Of a stretch of 28,527 bases of DNA, positions 26,487 through 28,527 are shown piece by piece. A program made the translations under genes and the position numbers. The notes beneath the pieces were generated by a model. That model searched no databases. It had not been told where the DNA came from and saw only the letters and a list, made by a program, of their open reading frames with translations. Each line of letters starts with the position of its first letter. The stretch's first letter is position 1. Source of the stretch: Holdemanella biformis (GTDB lineage: Bacteria > Pseudomonadota > Alphaproteobacteria > CASFRQ01 > SAAU01); NCBI GenBank assembly GCA_963611245.1, contig CAVDQP010000002.1, positions 1-28,527 of the forward strand. The letters are read 5' to 3'.

Positions 26487-26894
26487 TTATTTTTGTTGCT
26501 TATCTAAACCAAAAAAATATCTGCCTGAAATTTTGCGACCTGTAATTTTCTTTGCCACAGCAGATAGGGTCGGATACTTCAATCCATTAAATTCAAATCC
26601 GTCTCGCAGAATAATGACCACGTGATCCACACCTAAGTATTGACGAACGATGCGTGTTCCGGTGGGCGGCAGGTTATTACGATCTTCATGAGGAATATAC
26701 ATATTTGCGATAAGTTGCTGCTGTTGAGATGTAAGTCCGCCATAGGCGAGCTCTTGAATCCGATAAGCCAGCCGTGAAATATAAAATTCCTTATTTTGGG
26801 ATATCGGTGGCGTGTTAAAATATTTTTGCCACATTCCTTGTAGTTGGGGTAGGGTCTGTCTTTCTAAGAGTGCTATTTGCATTGCTATCTGCAT
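26487..26894 (-). CDS. DUF2924 domain protein
   Basis: RLAYRIQELAYGGL, PPTGTRIVRQYLG, LSAVAKKITG..SG..FFGL motifs; directly upstream of the recombinase. Confidence 0.88.
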   Translation of the reverse strand: MQIAMQIALLERQTLPQLQGMWQKYFNTPPISQNKEFYISRLAYRIQELAYGGLTSQQQQLIANMYIPHEDRNNLPPTGTRIVRQYLGVDHVVIILRDGFEFNGLKYPTLSAVAKKITGRKISGRYFFGLDKQQK

Positions 26895-27061
26895 TCTTGA
26901 TCTCCAACATTGTTGAGTCGTTCTTCGTTATCGACACAATACATGCTTGGATTGGAAAGATTATCAAGTCTTTTCTGAGCTAATTCGCCACTTTCTTTCA
27001 TTCTTAAATACTTGAGCAAATCCGGCATGATAATTTTAATCAGTTTTTCTACTTGGGTCAT
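26885..27061 (-). CDS. Small ORF, 58 aa (MTQVEKLIKIIMPDLLKYLRMK...), below the ORF-track cutoff
   Basis: AAGGAGGT RBS 4 nt before ATG 27061; its stop overlaps the DUF2924 start. Confidence 0.55.
   Translation of the reverse strand: MTQVEKLIKIIMPDLLKYLRMKESGELAQKRLDNLSNPSMYCVDNEERLNNVGDQECR
26937..26977 (-). promoter_or_regulatory. 41-bp promoter-like motif, copy B
   Basis: CAGAAAAGACTTGATAAT-N12-AGCATGTATTG upstream of DUF2924 and the recombinase. Confidence 0.5.
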
Positions 27062-27074
27062 CTTGACCTCCTTT

Positions 27075-27116
27075 CAAAAGGTAAAAATCCCATAGCTCAG
27101 AAAATCCGCCGAAAAA
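27075..27116. repeat. 42-bp direct repeat, copy 2
   Basis: CAAAAGGTAAAAATCCCATAGCTCAGAAAATCCGCCGAAAAA. Confidence 0.9.
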
Positions 27117-27266
27117 AATCAAAAAAAAGCATGTGGACAGTATATGCCATTGATTTACAATGACAAAAAGCACTTGGCTAGTATCACAAGCGAGGGTCCC
27201 TTCATCGGATTTGAAATGCAAACAGCATACAGGGTTATATAAAGTCAATTAAATCAATACGTTTAT

Positions 27267-27327
27267 GAGCACGTGGACAAATTGGATTGACCAAGTGCTC
27301 GGGGTATACTTTTTAGCAAAAAGTATA
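27267..27327. repeat. Two adjacent inverted repeats (candidate att/operator sites)
   Basis: GAGCACGTGGACAA-N6-TTGACCAAGTGCTC and TATACTTTTT-AGC-AAAAAGTATA. Confidence 0.6.
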
Positions 27328-27418
27328 TTATCCAAGCCGAAACAGACCAGACGACAGCAAGGTGTTTTAAAATTTGACGAGGGATAATAGTGGCTATTCG
27401 TGGGCGGTATCGGGGTAT

Positions 27419-27449
27419 AAAAAAAGCGGATACATTATCGTATCCGCTT
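27419..27449 (-). terminator. Intrinsic terminator of tRNA-Pro
   Basis: AAGCGGATAC-GATAAT-GTATCCGCTT followed by a T tract. Confidence 0.85.
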
Positions 27450-27463
27450 AACTGTCTTTCTGT

Positions 27464-27540
27464 TGGTCGGGGCGATAGGATTTGAACCTACGGCACCTTG
27501 CTCCCAAAGCAAGTACTCTACCAGACTGAGCTACGCCCCG
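27464..27540 (-). tRNA. tRNA-Pro (anticodon TGG)
   Basis: 77 nt CGGGGCG...CGCCCCGACCA; anticodon arm CTTGC-TTTGGGA-GCAAG; GGTTCAAATCC T-loop; encoded CCA. Confidence 0.97.
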
Positions 27541-27557
27541 AAAAACATACAAGGACT

Positions 27558-28046
27558 TTACTCTTGTTTTTCTTTTTTTTCAAGTAAAAAACTTTTTATT
27601 TTATCTCCTTTTCGAATATTTAATCGCCGAGCGGACCCTCCCTTTAATTCCAAAACGCCTTTTGCGGGGCCGGACGAAAAAATCAATTTTTCGGAATAAG
27701 GCGTTGTTTTGTCCACAATATGAAAAATAATTCCGTTTTCATCAAAAAAAAGCATATCCAGCGGAATTTTTGTGTTTTTCATCCACATGCTCCATATTTT
27801 CGGCGTCTTTTCATAGAAAATCATTCCTTCAAAGTCGTCGATAGAGTCCCGATACATCAATCCTTTTGCTGCTTTTTTCGGCGTGTCTGCCACCCAGACG
27901 TTGAAATCAAAGATGTCTTGCCCTTGTCGAGTCACAATTTGCAGAGGAACCGTTTGTTCCGTTTTTGAACATCCGGAGCACGTTGCCAGCACATAGGCAA
28001 TACCGCAACAAACAATTAAAAGAACATATTTTGACCAGCCATACAT
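27558..28046 (-). CDS. DUF192 family protein (host), N-terminal signal/lipoprotein-like peptide
   Basis: ADT..KGLMYR..GMIF..MWMKNTKIPLDMLF..VLELKGG motifs. Confidence 0.92.
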   Translation of the reverse strand: MYGWSKYVLLIVCCGIAYVLATCSGCSKTEQTVPLQIVTRQGQDIFDFNVWVADTPKKAAKGLMYRDSIDDFEGMIFYEKTPKIWSMWMKNTKIPLDMLFFDENGIIFHIVDKTTPYSEKLIFSSGPAKGVLELKGGSARRLNIRKGDKIKSFLLEKKEKQE

Positions 28047-28064
28047 AGTGTATTTCCTTTTGTT

Positions 28065-28527
28065 TTATGGATTTTCATTTTTAATCAAAGCATTATCGGC
28101 GATGGCCGACGTGTCTTTTGTTTCTTGTTGTTCCTTTTCTTTTGTTTCCAAAAGAGAAAAGTCGCCTTTTTCCGCAAAGGGAATTTGTTGTTTTTTATCC
28201 AAGGAAAAAAGAGTTTTCTTTTCCGGCTCTATAAGAAGGCTGGAATTATATGCCGTTGAAAAAAGATCCAACGACACTTTGCCTTTCCGATTACCTAAAG
28301 TAATGCTGCGCAAATCGCCTTTGTCGTAAAATTCAAGGCCGGAAAATTCAGAAGAAACAAACAACCGCGCCGTGTTTTGCAAGGTGTCTTTTAAAATAAA
28401 CGCCAATTCTTCCCCTTTTTCGGATAAAAGAGCCTTTTTTCCGTCGATGGTTAAAGAGGCTTCTTCATCAGACAGAATTTCCGCGCGAACGCTTTGCGCG
28501 TCGGAATAAAAAAGGACGGCGTTGCGT
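28065..28527 (-). CDS. Host hypothetical protein, 5' end outside the window
   Basis: The frame of ORF 28065..28406 stays open to the window end. Confidence 0.6.
   Translation of the reverse strand, partial: RNAVLFYSDAQSVRAEILSDEEASLTIDGKKALLSEKGEELAFILKDTLQNTARLFVSSEFSGLEFYDKGDLRSITLGNRKGKVSLDLFSTAYNSSLLIEPEKKTLFSLDKKQQIPFAEKGDFSLLETKEKEQQETKDTSAIADNALIKNENP

Larger units (their letters stand above)
1..27330 (-). mobile_element. Lambda-like siphovirus prophage with large serine recombinase (continues beyond left edge; right boundary approximate)
   Basis: Co-oriented recombinase, packaging, head and tail genes in lambda order; host-type tRNA and DUF192 genes begin after ~27.4 kb. The att site is not defined. 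Confidence 0.93.

Noticed and set aside
24060..27116. 42-bp repeats as attL/attR of the prophage
   Set aside because: Both copies are internal, lie directly before RBSs and lack the dyad symmetry of serine integrase sites, which normally share only a short core.
27036..27248. Minus-strand 70-aa ORF; also the upstream extension of 23789..24085
   Set aside because: Both read through the 42-bp repeat with no RBS; better starts with strong RBSs lie at 27061 and 24031.
27463..27699. Plus-strand 78-aa ORF (MVGAIGFEPTAPCSQ...)
   Set aside because: Antisense translation of tRNA-Pro and DUF192; a classic spurious ORF.

Overview
Almost the whole window (1 to ~27.3 kb) is one end of a lambda-like siphovirus prophage, with every recognisable gene on the minus strand. 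It sits just downstream of a host DUF192 gene and tRNA-Pro(TGG), an arrangement typical of Alphaproteobacteria. In transcription order (right to left) it encodes: a small ORF, DUF2924 and a large serine recombinase; a sigma-like factor and a putative replication initiator; a late-control gene followed by a lambda PR'-like promoter with twin hairpins; a divergent SAM synthetase; a lambda-like cos site; a ParB-fused DNA methyltransferase; small accessory genes; the gpNu1/gpA/gpW/portal/S49/D/E head module; head-tail and tail tube genes; a frameshifting tail chaperone; tape measure; and tail-tip/fibre genes running off the left edge. Four AT-rich morons, each with its own promoter and terminator, interrupt the late operon: GIY-YIG with a RAMA-like domain, Fic-wHTH, an Abi-alpha-like protein and a PD-(D/E)XK-like protein. 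The most notable unexplained signals are the twin identical-loop hairpins at the late promoter, a 63-bp palindromic element inserted in frame in a tail gene, the SAM synthetase/methylase module straddling cos, 42-bp and 41-bp repeated leader motifs, and repeats flanking fic. Family calls come from motif recognition by eye; no searches were run.
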